This document shows, piece after piece, positions 38,273-50,675 of a stretch of 64,000 nucleotides of DNA; the first letter of the stretch is position 1, and every line of letters starts with the position of its first letter. Position numbers and translations under genes: made by a program. A model generated the notes under the pieces. It was not told the origin of the DNA and made no database searches. It was given only the letters and a program-made list of their open reading frames with translations. This stretch comes from Octopus sinensis. Lineage: Eukaryota. The DNA lies in NCBI RefSeq assembly GCF_006345805.1, contig NC_042998.1:59644001-59708000 (forward strand), given 5' to 3'.

Positions 38273-38861
38273 GTGTGTGTGTGTGTGTGTGTATGTGTGT
38301 ATGTGTGTATGTGTATGTATATATATGTATGTATATATGTGTATATATTTAATTTGCTTTGCAGGAAGGACTGTTTCAACGAAGTCGCGCATTGTCCTTG
38401 CCTTCGGAGCGCGGAGTAACTGACGAAGGGAAATATTTTTTATGTTGCATGTCTCCTTTCACTGTTTGTTTTTTTCGTTGTCCAAAAAAAGAGCGCGTTT
38501 ACTATGTTTTTGCTTTTTATGTTCTCGTTTCTCATTGTGTTCAACTTTCTTTTTTTATATCCTGTACCCATATGTGCATGTATATATACATATATACATA
38601 GGTATGTACATATATGTATATATATATATATATGGATATATACGTATATATATATATAAATATATGTATATATAAGTGTACATATATATATATATGTATG
38701 TATACATATATATATATGTATATATATATGTATATATATGTATATGTATATGTATGTATATATATGTATATATGTATATATATATGTATATATGTATGTA
38801 TACATGTATATATATATATGTTTGTGTATATATACGTGCACGTATACATATATATGCGTGC

Positions 38862-38916
<55 letters not shown>

Positions 38917-38949
38917 TGTGTATTTCTGACTATGATTATTCCCCAGCCA

Positions 38950-39120
38950 TTGATTTGAAACTGACTTTGGTATGTTTACGTCCCCGTAACTTAGCAGTTC
39001 TGCAGAAGTTATCGATAGAATAAGTAGCAGGCTTACCAAGAATAAGTCCTGGGGTCTATTTCCTCAACCAAAAGGCAGTACTCCAGCATCGTCACACTCG
39101 AATGACTGAAACATATAACA
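38950..39120 (-). mobile_element. Family B repeat fragment
   Basis: gtttacgtccccgtaacttagc..gatagaataagta..aagaataagtcctgggg..ctccagcat..gaatgactgaaac. Confidence 0.75.
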
Positions 39121-39148
39121 GATTAAATGTGTAATATATACATAAAAT

Positions 39149-39223
39149 TCAAAGCGTCCATCCTGTTTTTCACTCGATGTAGAATGATTCTACATCGAGT
39201 GAAAAACAGGATGGACGCTTTGA
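39149..39223. repeat. Perfect palindrome, 37 bp arms, 1 nt spacer
   Basis: TCAAAGCGTCCATCCTGTTTTTCACTCGATGTAGAAT-G-exact reverse complement. Confidence 0.95.
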
Positions 39224-39482
39224 TTCGATTTTGGTGCCTCGCTCTGTCGTACGCGACTATGAGGATTTGCATCCCCAACGTAAAATTAAAAATGTAATAC
39301 ATGTCCTTGAAGTAGTAACTGAACGCGGCTGAAGAAGGCTATAGACACACATTTACATCAATTATGCATTGTTATAAACCGTCTAATAAAGGCCCGAAAC
39401 ATATGTACCGCTAAATCCGTTGCATCATGTTTTTATTTTGATAAATATACTATATATATATATATATATACATACACATATA

Positions 39483-39665
39483 TACCTTGACCGCTAGCTA
39501 CTAAAGGTTTGTTTTTTTATACTCTCTGTATTTTTTCCTGTTCCTTTCTGCTGAAGAGCGTAGGCTCGAAACGTAAAAGTCTTTCTGACGTTCACAAGCA
39601 TTAAACTAATGCACCTGCTCGTTGTTTACACACTCGTCTTCGTCTTTTGTTTTTGGTAAATTTAT
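39483..39665 (+). mobile_element. Solo Penelope-type terminal repeat with minimal hammerhead motif (39544-39579)
   Basis: CTTT-CTGCTGA-A-GAGC-GTAG-GCTC-GAAA-CGTA-AAAG. Confidence 0.6.
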
Positions 39666-39687
39666 GAGTGGGTAACGGTCACTTATT

Positions 39688-39917
39688 CCTTGAAGACCAG
39701 TCTCCTTCAGAGCGACCGTCAACTTCCCGAACGTACGAAAAAATAACAAATATTTATGAAGTGATATCAGAGAACAATCGCCGAACAATTGACGAACTTG
39801 TTGATATGACCTGAAGCTCCTGCCAGCGAAGTTTGAACGAAAAATTGCGAATGAAGAGAGATGCAGCAAAATTTGTGCTTCGTTTCCTCATGGAAAATCA
39901 AAAGCAGTCACGTCTTT
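39688..39917 (+). pseudogene. mariner transposase fragment (HTH region)
   Basis: EDQSPSERPSTS..ENNRRTIDEL..MKRDAAKFVLRFLMENQKQSR. Confidence 0.8.
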
Positions 39918-40178
39918 TGACAATCTTATTTTTAATGAAATCCTAATATTTTTAATGAACTTTTTAATATTTTCTAAAGATTTTTCCTTCTAAACTGTTT
40001 TTAACATTTTCATATTATTATCAAAGAATTTATATATGTATTGTAATATTTTGTGACAACCAGTACTTAACACAACAAAGCTTTTTTACAAAGATTTTAC
40101 ATTTTACTTTTGACAATCTTTTTCTAAAAAAGTGAAACCGATCAAGTAAATAAACATCTTTTAAAATTGCATTTTCAA
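39918..40178. repeat. AT-rich repeat unit, also present (partly tandem) at 44562-44992
   Basis: atgaaatcctaatattttt...gtgacaaccagtacttaacacaacaaagc...aaagtgaaaccg shared. Confidence 0.85.
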
Positions 40179-40214
40179 ATTGCGTGTAATGAACTGAAAG
40201 TTGGAAGCTGGAAG

Positions 40215-40890
40215 TTGCTATAATAAACCGTTTTATTTCTGATTTTAAGCCAGAAGCCACCAACCATTGATGTGTAAAGTCTTTGTCAACCTCGACACTA
40301 TTAGCTCTGTTGTGGTATTTGCCATAGTGAGGTTTTTCTTGCCATTTATCATTGAGAATATCTAAGGCAGCAAGTTTAGCACGAGTTTTCATACGCTTAG
40401 CTTTACCTGTGCTTGTTTCTAGTACGTCTAATTCTGGAATTTGTTGTATTTGGAATTCACTTAGGTATTCATTTCCCTGTTTTGTTACTGAGTATGATGA
40501 TTTCTTATTTTCATGCTTTGAGATAGGTTTGAACATCCATTCATCAGAGTTTTTCATTTAGGTATCTAGGCCTATTGTGATAATCTTCATTATTAATTCT
40601 AGTTGTAAATCTCCAAGTCCTCCCTCTTTTTTCTTGGCAGATAAAGTCGTTCTATATCTGCCTTGGGGTGGTACATTCTAAGCATTGTCAAACTTTTTCG
40701 TATTTTTCTGTCAAGATTACATATTTCAGAAATTGACCAGTTAATGATATTGAAACTGTAAATCACGACTGGTATGGCTAAAGTATTGATCGCTTCGATC
40801 CGTTTACTTGCATTCAGCTCTGTCTTGAGTATTGCCCTTGCTGCTGTTTCTTGCATTCAGCTCTGTGTTAATTATAGCACCTATGGGGCA
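40215..40890 (-). pseudogene. R4/Dong-like LINE remnant (thumb and post-RT region)
   Basis: AINTLAIPVVIYSFNIINW..LDRKIRK..YHPKADIERLYLPRKK; WQEKPHYGKY..VDKDFTHQWL..GLKSE. Confidence 0.9.
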
Positions 40891-40924
<34 letters not shown>

Positions 40925-40978
40925 GTTGTTGTTGTTGTTGTTGTTGTTTTTATTTTTTCTTTCATTTACACACAACAG

Positions 40979-41052
<74 letters not shown>

Positions 41053-41070
41053 CATATATATATATAACAA

Positions 41071-41123
<53 letters not shown>

Positions 41124-41199
41124 ATTTGGCTCAAAAGCAAATAGCAAGGCCATGTATGGAGACATGGAGTTAAGTAAAGTGAAGTTGTAAGGTACCGCA

Positions 41200-42520
41200 C
41201 GAGTGGAAATATATATGAAAGAATGTCTGAAATATCCCAAAGAGGTCCCCCAAAGAATTTATCATCGAGGGCCTAAAAATTTATTCTTCAGAACGACTTT
41301 ATGAATTTTAATACTAACACCTACAGACAGGTATCAGGGACTGAAATGGGTACTAATGTTGCCCCTACCTATGTAAACTTGGTGATGGCCTACCTGGAAT
41401 CACATATTTATGAAAACTCCAAATATAAGTACGACCTGTCTTTCCACAAATACCTGTTGGAGAATTGGAAACGCTACTTAGATGATTGCCTCATCCTATG
41501 GTTACACACACTCGACCAACTTATTGATTTCATAAACCTTATCAACAGTGTCAACAACCATATCCAATTTACAATGGAATATAGTCAAGACCAACTTCCT
41601 TTTATTGATATTTTTATTATTAAAAAGGCACCAACATTAAAACTGACACACTACAAACCCACTGATTCCAAACAATACATTCTGTTCACCTCCAATCACC
41701 CAAAGCGCACGAAAACAAATATCCCCTCCAACCTAGCGAGAAGAATCTGCAGAATTGTCTCAAATTATAGAACACGAGATAAAAGACTCCGAGAACTAAA
41801 GGCAATTCTTCTCGACAGACATTACCCAGCATCACTAGTTGACAATGGAATAGAAAGGGCCAAATCAATTACTACCCATGACTTATGAAAACAAAAACAC
41901 ACTCACAGTACAGTAAATAGCCTTCCCTAACTCTCAGCACACAATCGAAGAAATGCGGAATCTTACACAATTATATTCAAGAACATTCCACAGCTGAATC
42001 AAGACCCACGTCTGAAAAAAAGTACTCGCAACCCATAAAATAATAAAAACCAAAAGACAACCCAATTCCCTAAAAAAACCTACTCACCAATGCAAAAACT
42101 ACCCAACACAAACCCATCACCCACCGTCGAAAAATGTGGTCGTTCCAACTGCAAGACTTGCATCCACCTCATTGAAGGAAAAACGTACAAATTCCAGTCG
42201 GGACACACTTTTATCATAAAAAATAACTTCACCTGCGCATCAAAGAATTTGCTTTATGTCATAAGGTTGAAGGGTGCGACAAAGATTACATACGGCGATC
42301 GAGCCTTACCCTCAGAGAAAGGATAATAGTTCACCGCCAACAACTGAGGGATCTCACCAAAAGACAGATACCAATTAGTGGGCATTTAGTTCTCTGTGCA
42401 GAGAACAAGTCCCCCAAATTCCTAGTTTCCCCACTATACCAATGCCCGGACATCACCACTGACCAAACGCGAATATGTAGGGAAAATAATCTTATTTAAA
42501 AATACAGACTACAACACAAC
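41200..42520 (+). pseudogene. Penelope-like element: RT and GIY-YIG endonuclease
   Basis: YRQVSGTEMGTNVAPTYVNL, WKRYLDD, LPFIDI, YKPTDSKQY..SNHP; CGRSNCKTC..FTCASKNLLYVI; frameshifted. Confidence 0.92.
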
Positions 42521-42529
42521 ATACTCTAA

Positions 42530-44225
42530 CATACCCCCGGGTACACATCCAAAACAAACATACACAGAGACACAAACAGATATACAAAATCACACACACA
42601 CAGAAACAATGCCAACCTCCGATGCAAATAAACACATGCACAAACACAATATCCTCACACTAGAGCACAAAATCATACACATTCCAAGAAATACATATAT
42701 ACATATATACACTTGCAATAAGATTCTAGCGACCATAACCGACACTCACACACACGTATACACATATGTAAACACGGACATACACACACCTACACACACC
42801 ACCACGAAATTGCAAATCACATTCACACAAACTCACACAGACATGCACAAATACACAAACACGCAACTACAACACAACTCACACAAACACACACGCATTT
42901 ATGCACACCTGTACACACGCGTACACAATACGCCCGTACCCCAGTAATAAAATCACACACACACACACTCAAAAGAAAAATCACACATATACTCACAATA
43001 CCATCCCAATAACCACAACAAACATACATACACACAATCATGCACACACACAATGACACACACCTCCCCGACAAATACAAGACACATAGACACACTCACA
43101 CAAACACACCTACACGTATACACACACAATGCACTAACAATACAAGCAAAGCAAATCACTCACAAATTCAGCACACACACACGCACATACCCAGAAATTA
43201 CATAAACCATACCCACATATATACACACAAACGCATTATCAATACCAACACACACATGGACACACAGAACCCCTGATAAATGCAACAAACTTACTCACAC
43301 ATAAACATCCACACATACCCGCTCACATACATATGCACCCTCACACACACATACGGTTGCTCACATACACACACACACCACAAGGACAATTAAAACACAG
43401 ACATACTCAGACAGACACAACACATACTCTCGCATACACACACATAACATCCCCAGTAACGCAAAAAACACACAAACGTACACGCGCGCACATACAGACG
43501 CACACATACACCCACGCGAACAAACACATAAACACACACATGCGCACACAAAACACCATGACAAATATCAATCACACACATATATACACACAAACATATA
43601 TACAGCACCAAGACAATAACACACACATACGGTTGCTCACATACGCACACACACACCACAAGGACAATTAAAACGTAAATATACTCAGACAGGCACAACA
43701 CACATTCACATACACATACATAACATACCCACCAACACAAAAACACACAAACATATACGCGCACACATACACACACGCGAACAAACACATATACACATCT
43801 ATGCGCACACACAACAACCTGACGAATACCAATCACACACATATATACACACACATAACACCAAGACAATAATAACAACACAAACATACTAAGACAGAGA
43901 TACACACACACTCACGTACACACACATAACATCCCCACCAACAAAAAAACATACAAGCGTACACATGCATTCACAAACGCACACATACACACACTCGAAC
44001 AAACACATACACACAATTGCGCACACACAACACCCTAACAAATAATAATCACACACATACATACACAGAAACGTGCACACATATGCACACACCATCCTAC
44101 CAAATACTAAACACACACAGACACATTAACATACACCACAATAAACCCTGGGACCAATCAAAAACGGCCCCCACACACAAATACATGTATATATACACAC
44201 ACAGACACACACACTCACACCATTC
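42530..44225 (+). repeat. 1.7 kb degenerate CA-rich tract with ~280 bp higher-order repeat
   Basis: caaggacaattaaaac at about 43381 and 43659; catacggttgctcacatac twice. Confidence 0.85.
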
Positions 44226-44561
44226 TGACCTCTAAGACCAGTCCCCAAAACAACTTAACCAAGAAAGACTAGCTATGAAAGACCAACCTTGAAAGAGAAA
44301 CCCAAAAATCCTTTCAATTCCACATTGCTCTTCCTTCCTCCCACCCTAACCAACCTCCCACACTGTCCCTTAAAATAGCAGGCAGCCTTTTAGCTTCACA
44401 GAAAATAAAAAGTGGTAAAACAGGTCGGTTCACCTCAAATTCTTTGTAACCTCCTAAATATATCTCCTTATGTGTATATATATATATACCACCAAATATG
44501 ACCTTTTTGAACTTATAATTTTCTGTGTGTATATATCTATACTTTCAAACGAACATGATTT

Positions 44562-44992
44562 TTTTATGAAATCCTAATATTTTTAAATGAACTTTTTAAT
44601 ATTTTCTCAAGATTTTTCCTTCCAAACTGTTTTTAACATATTCTTATTAATATCAAAGTATGTATATATGTATTGCAATATTTTGTGACAACCAGTACTT
44701 AACACAACAAAGCTTTTACAAAGCTTTCACATTTTAGTTTTGACAATCTTGTTTTTAATGAAATCCTAATATTTTTAATGAACTTTTTAATATTTTCCCA
44801 AGATTTTTCCTTCTAAACTGTTTTTAACATTTTGATATTATTATCAAAGAATTTGCATATATATTGCAATATTTTGTGACAACCAGTACTTAACACAACA
44901 AAGCTTTTACATTTTACTCTTGACAATCTTTTTCTAAAAAAGTGAAACCGGTCGAGTGAATAAACATCTTTTAAAATTACATTTTCAAACCT
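44562..44992. repeat. AT-rich repeat, ~187 bp-period dimer plus tail
   Basis: Homologous to 39918-40178. Confidence 0.85.
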
Positions 44993-45073
44993 TCTTTCAT
45001 ATATATATATATATAATATATATATATATATATACTAGTAGGAAATCGATATTTTTCATATATTCTATTTATT

Positions 45074-45074
45074 A

Positions 45075-45159
<85 letters not shown>

Positions 45160-45160
45160 T
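45074..45160. repeat. (CAG/TAG)n microsatellite
   Basis: Direct reading. Confidence 0.9.
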
Positions 45161-46639
45161 GTTCTTGTTGTGTGTTAGAAAAGCGAATTAGCAGCTTCTT
45201 TCTTATTGTCTGAAACGCACTTATCGATGTGTTAGTCGTGATTGAACAAGGCTTGCTTGAAGTAATCTTTTCTCTTTTTATTTATATGACAGTCTACTTA
45301 TTCAAATCATTTCTTTTGGTTGTGAGTTGTCTTGCTGACTTGCTTTTAAACTAATTTCTTCTTTTTATCTCTATCATATTTGCATACTCCACGCATTCCT
45401 CTTTGATTTACATTATTTTAAAAGACACCGCCAACTTCAACTCTCGATACAGAAATTTAAGTAGATATAATAATAGAAAAATTAGCAAATTCTTCGTCAC
45501 AGATGTCTGCTATTATAGCAAATATGAAGTTTTCTCAAAGTATTGCATTAAGTATTCATTTCTGTTTAACTGTATGCAAGTGTATTCGCAGTTAATTGGA
45601 TATGGTAAACATTTTCCTTGCGTATAAGCGTGTGTAGCGTTTCCAGGTGCTAGTATCCTTCTTATTTTCTGAAGGGCAAAATAATTATGTCATTTATTTG
45701 AATCACATTAAAAGCATTTTGGCTGCAATTTCTAAATTATTTTTTTAGCATTAAGTGATCATCATTTTTATTATTAGTAGTACTTTTTAAAATTGATATA
45801 CTCCAGAAATCGCTTTTCTAATTATAAGGATAATATACGTGAGCATCTCCAAAATTTTGTTTGAGAGATTTTAATAAAGAAAACTACTAATGTCACTGGT
45901 AGAATGGTATCTTAAACACAAGAAAAGGTGTTTAAAATCAAGAAAAAATTTCCAAATTCTGGTATATCATATTATGTGTCATATTCTTCTGCTCTCTTCT
46001 CTAATAACCGGTAACTACTGATATTTAATTTTGATCTTTGTTGCTCTGTGTGTATAAACTAAAATATCTTTACTTGCAAAACTCCATACACACCAGTAAA
46101 TCTATTATTTGCCGTTTACAATGTATAGCAATAAAAGTCCCGGCTTAGAGGCAAATACCTTAGTGGCATCCGTTACTGAGATGCAAAATCACACCCAATC
46201 ACCGTGTCTGGCAGTCCGATGACATCAGTTCTACTTGATGTGTTTGTCCTCACAAATTCTAGAGGGTTTTTTTCCCCTCCGAAACAATATCCCATACTGA
46301 ATGCTTTTTACATGATAGTGTATGAGGGTTAAAATAGTTGCATGCATTTCTCTCTCTTTATCTCTCTGTATTTCTCTCTCTTTCTCTTTCTCTTTTCTCT
46401 CTCTCAACACACACTCAGAAAAAATATACATATATACATACGTACATACGTACATTACACTACTCGAAGCGACAAGTCACGTACTTGGCGTGGAAGACTA
46501 TCGAAAATACGATGAATACTATCTCCAACTGATAGCCACAACTATCAGCCATGTTAAATAAGTGGCTAATCTTCAGAAGAATTAACCGTGGAAGAATTTT
46601 ATTCACGATCGTAGTGATTTTCGACTGAAACTTGTATTT

Positions 46640-46958
46640 AGCATGCAGAGAGTTACTATAAACGACATGACTGGACACATCAACAACACAATTGAGGAAA
46701 AGAACGAAAACAACAGCTCAACGGGTAAACAAATTCTTTCTAGCTGTAGTCATAGAAGGAACCGTAACTACAAAACTCATTTCTCTTGGAGTTATGAATT
46801 GAATAATGATCTATTTAACTGCTACGAAAAAGCGAAACAAAGCCCAACTGATTCTATAGTGCTTGCTAGCCAAACTACATTATTGACTCAAGTAACTGAC
46901 CACTGTACCCCTTCTACGACTATGGCAAATAGCAGGCACTATCGCAAAGATTATTGTT

Positions 46959-47040
<82 letters not shown>

Positions 47041-48032
47041 CATGATTATATGCTGGTGAAATGTACCCTTACTGAAACCTTCCTAGACAAAATAACTTTG
47101 GGTCTGAAGTACTCCCTCGAGGAGAGTGTATTCTCTACCAAAATAAGTAAAAACCATTAGATACGATATTAAAAGGTGTTAACGAAATTGGTGATGCGAA
47201 TTTACAACAGTGTGATGAACCCACATGAATATCATTCATGTATTGTAAAACAGTACATGAATGATATTCAAAAAGTAAGCAAAATGGAAATAACAAAGAA
47301 AGTACCATCATGGATTTTGAAGACAGAGAAAAAGATAACTAGTTTATGGAAGACCATCAGTCATATAATGATGCTGATTGCATGCAAACAAGCAAATCAC
47401 TATATGTCCCCCCAACAGAAAGTAAATAAGGAGGTTGATATTGTGTTTGGAGACAGCAAAAAGAGGATACTCACTTGTAAACTGATTACTCTCAAGCATG
47501 AGGTAAAAAGTTGTCAGGAAAAACTGACATCAGTAGGGAATAACCGAGAGAAGAACAAAAAACAAAAATTTTAACCGCAACCAGGCAATAGTATACAGCG
47601 ACATGCGTTACATCCAAGATATACAACATTTATGGTGAAACTCTTGCAACTGTGTTCAAGAAACTCCGGTATGGAAAAGCACCTGGAAGAGACTTGATTG
47701 TTGGATATTAGTACAAGAAGCTAGCATTCTACCGACCATACTTTATAATTATTACCAGCAACTGTGGTTAGCTCTGGCAGAGACAAGATTGATCCCCAAA
47801 TGCAGAACCACCCACATGGCAAAAAAACCTACTGGCCAATTGCTTCCCGGAATTTAATGTATAAGATATATGCAGCGTGTTTAAAACTCTTCCTCCAGTA
47901 CCATTGTGAAACCAATAGCATTATCAAAGAATAGCAAGCAGCTGGGAAGAAGGGAGTCTGGGGATGTGTGAACAATTGTTAATCAACAAAATTGTGATGT
48001 CAGAGGTGCGAAAGCATAGGAGGAACTTAGAA
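46640..48032 (+). pseudogene. R4/Dong-like LINE, N-terminal region to RT motif 3
   Basis: FSWSYELNNDLFNCYEK; VPSW..KI..L; APGRDLIVG..YKKL; GKKGVWGC.EQLLINK..RKHRRNL. Interrupted by (TAG)n at 46960-47040 and cut at 48032. Confidence 0.8.
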
Positions 48033-48517
48033 TAATTTTAAATAATTAGAATAAGATGAAATTAGATGTTTATAAAAGAGATAAATTAATTAATGAAAAT
48101 AGATTAAATTATAGAAATTTAGCTTAATTTATGTTTATTATATTATGTATTTTACGTATGTTTGCTTTTAAGTTATTTAGACTTTACAATTTTTCCAGCA
48201 AATGGTATATTATAGTAAATTTTTTTCTTATTCTCACAGCTAAAGTACATTTGTAATTTTAATATCTTACATGCATATTTCTATTTCTTTATTATATAAA
48301 TTCTATTTACACCATATTTTCACACGATATATTTCTTTAAAATGCTAAGTTCTACGTAATACCTTTAAAATTTTAGTTAACAGAAATCCTTCGATAAGTT
48401 GTTTTTAATTTTTAAAATAGTGTTAAATGTTTTTCGATTATTGATAGTTAATACACGCATTTTTCTATATTCATTTGATAATTATTATAGGTTAAGATAA
48501 GTCCATTTATTCTAGTC

Positions 48518-48575
<58 letters not shown>

Positions 48576-48577
48576 TT

Positions 48578-48681
48578 AGACCTGATGAGTGACTATATTT
48601 TTAAATAGAATTAATTTTGGATCGAATTGATTTTATTATTATTATCTATTTGAAAATATAGCTACGAAACGCGCGTTGTCT
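48578..48681 (+). ncRNA. Type I hammerhead ribozyme with intact core and extended stem II
   Basis: Stem I AGAC/GTCT; core CTGATGA (48582-88) and GAAA (48666-69); G-C closing a 21 bp stem II (1 mismatch, 2 G-U); stem III AC-GCGC-GT; cleavage triplet GUU. Confidence 0.8.
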
Positions 48682-49362
48682 TTTTATTACTATTTATTGT
48701 TTTTGCGCTTTATTGATTTTTAGAACAAGGTTTTTATAGCATGTTTTCTCTATGGTGTGAATAACAACTTTCATTATTGAATTGTTTAATAGAGGAAAAA
48801 ATCTATTATGAGATTAATTCCGAAATTGATTCAATATAGAAATAACGAACTTTTAAAAAAATTCTGTTGGCTAGCTTTCCTCGATTTCATCACAACGTAT
48901 TTCTGTAGTGGGTATAATAATATGTGGAAATTATCGATTTAAAAATCTGTTATCAACATATTGGCATAGAAATAATTTTCTTTTGTCCTTGTTTATAAGT
49001 TGTTTATAATTTTAATCTTTAAAGATATCTTAATATACTGCCACTTTTTTGATGAAATTTTTTTCTGTTAAATAACTTCATCCTATATTAGTATATATAT
49101 ATATATACATCATTTCACGAAATACCTCTCAATTTGTTTATGATCCCGAAAAATATATTGAGATGAACCAAACAATATTTACAGTTCTATATTTTAGAGA
49201 TGAGGAATCCTGTACATTATTTTCCTTATACGGATATATGTCCTCATCTTCGTTGTTGTTACCACAACTTTTCGGGTGATTATCTCTCCAGCCTTCATCA
49301 GATGTCCTGGTAGAATTTTGAACCCAACCCTTGTTCTCATTGCTATGGTATATTTTGCTGAG

Positions 49363-49363
<1 letters not shown>

Positions 49364-49422
<59 letters not shown>

Positions 49423-49503
49423 TCAAGGCACTGCCTGGAATTGAACTCGGAATCTTGGGGTTAGTAGCCCGCGCTCTTAACCATTGCGCTATATTCCAGT
49501 GGG
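49364..49503 (-). mobile_element. Short tRNA-like SINE D with (AAT)n tail
   Basis: Homologue of 31788-31885. Confidence 0.8.
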
Positions 49504-49600
49504 CAATTATAGTGTGATACCATACGGCATTCGAAGGCCATATGGACTGATTTCAGTTCTCTCCCACCTTCATTTCTTGTTAGGTGGAGCCTGTCATAGT
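49504..49600 (-). pseudogene. R4/Dong-like LINE short fragment
   Basis: DRLHLTRNEGGRELKSV. Confidence 0.65.
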
Positions 49601-49744
49601 CACTGTATGTATGTGTGTATGTATGTATATATATATGGTACGTATGTATGTGCGTGTGTATATATATATATATATATATATACATACATACATACATACA
49701 TACATACATACATACATACATACATACATACATACATACATACA

Positions 49745-50675
49745 CAGTATCATGCAAAAGTCTTCGGTCACTATAAACTATTGTAAATGATGGTTCAAGA
49801 ATGATGGTTAAATTGACGGTAACTTGAATAGTGCCAGGTACATCCATATGTTGAAGGACAATTTGACATCACACTTCGATGAAGGTGAGATTTTCCAGCA
49901 TGACGGAGCTCTATGCGACAGATCACATGCAGCACAACAGAGTCTGGCTGATGAAGGTGTTACCGTTTTGAAAAATTGGCCAGCTCAGAGCTCTGGCTTA
50001 AATATCATCGAACAAATGTTGACAGAACTAAAAACAGAAGTTCGTCAGAAGAATCCACGCAATCTTCGAGTGTTGCAAGAGCTCAGCCACAGAGAATTGC
50101 ATCGCATACCTGTGGAGATTGTGGAGGATTTGTACGCGTCTTTTCTCAGATATATTGACGCGATTATTCAAGCTAAGGGATGCCACACGAAATATTAACA
50201 ATGTACCGTAACTTTTTTAAATAAACAATATTTGATAAATTTTCATTATATATATTTTTCTGTTTTAATACGCTGACCGAAAATGTTGGCACAGCCATTT
50301 ATTTGGTGGTCGTGTCGCACCTTCCCCTTCCATTCATAAACCCTACTGCAAAAAGGGATGCCACACGAAATATTAACAATGTACAGTAACTTTTTTAAAT
50401 AAACGATATTTGATAAATTTTCATTATATATATTTTTCTGTTTTAATACGCTGACCGAAAATGTTGGCACAGCCATTTATTTGGTGGTCGTGTCGCACCT
50501 TCCCCTTTCATTCATAAACCCTACTGCAAAAAAACAATGATTAGGTATGGAAATGACTCCAACAGGGCCTATGTTTCATCTGTAAAATACGCGATGCGAA
50601 ACATCCACTTATAAGTTGGCATTTAGTAGAAATTTACGATAGTTTATAGTGGCCGAAGACTTTTACACTGCACTG
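49745..50675 (+). mobile_element. Internally deleted Tc1-like transposon
   Basis: ~45 bp TIRs (cagt...aaaagtcttcgg.cactataaacta..gtaaat) with TA on the right. ORF 49824-50198 has FQHDG and WPAQS..LNIIE (35 residues between D and E) and ends KGCHTKY*. 178 bp internal tandem duplication at 50175-50530. Confidence 0.92.

Noticed and set aside
38370-38450. CTGACGA-AGG-GAAA hammerhead-like string
   Set aside because: No room for stem II and no stem III or stem I pairing.
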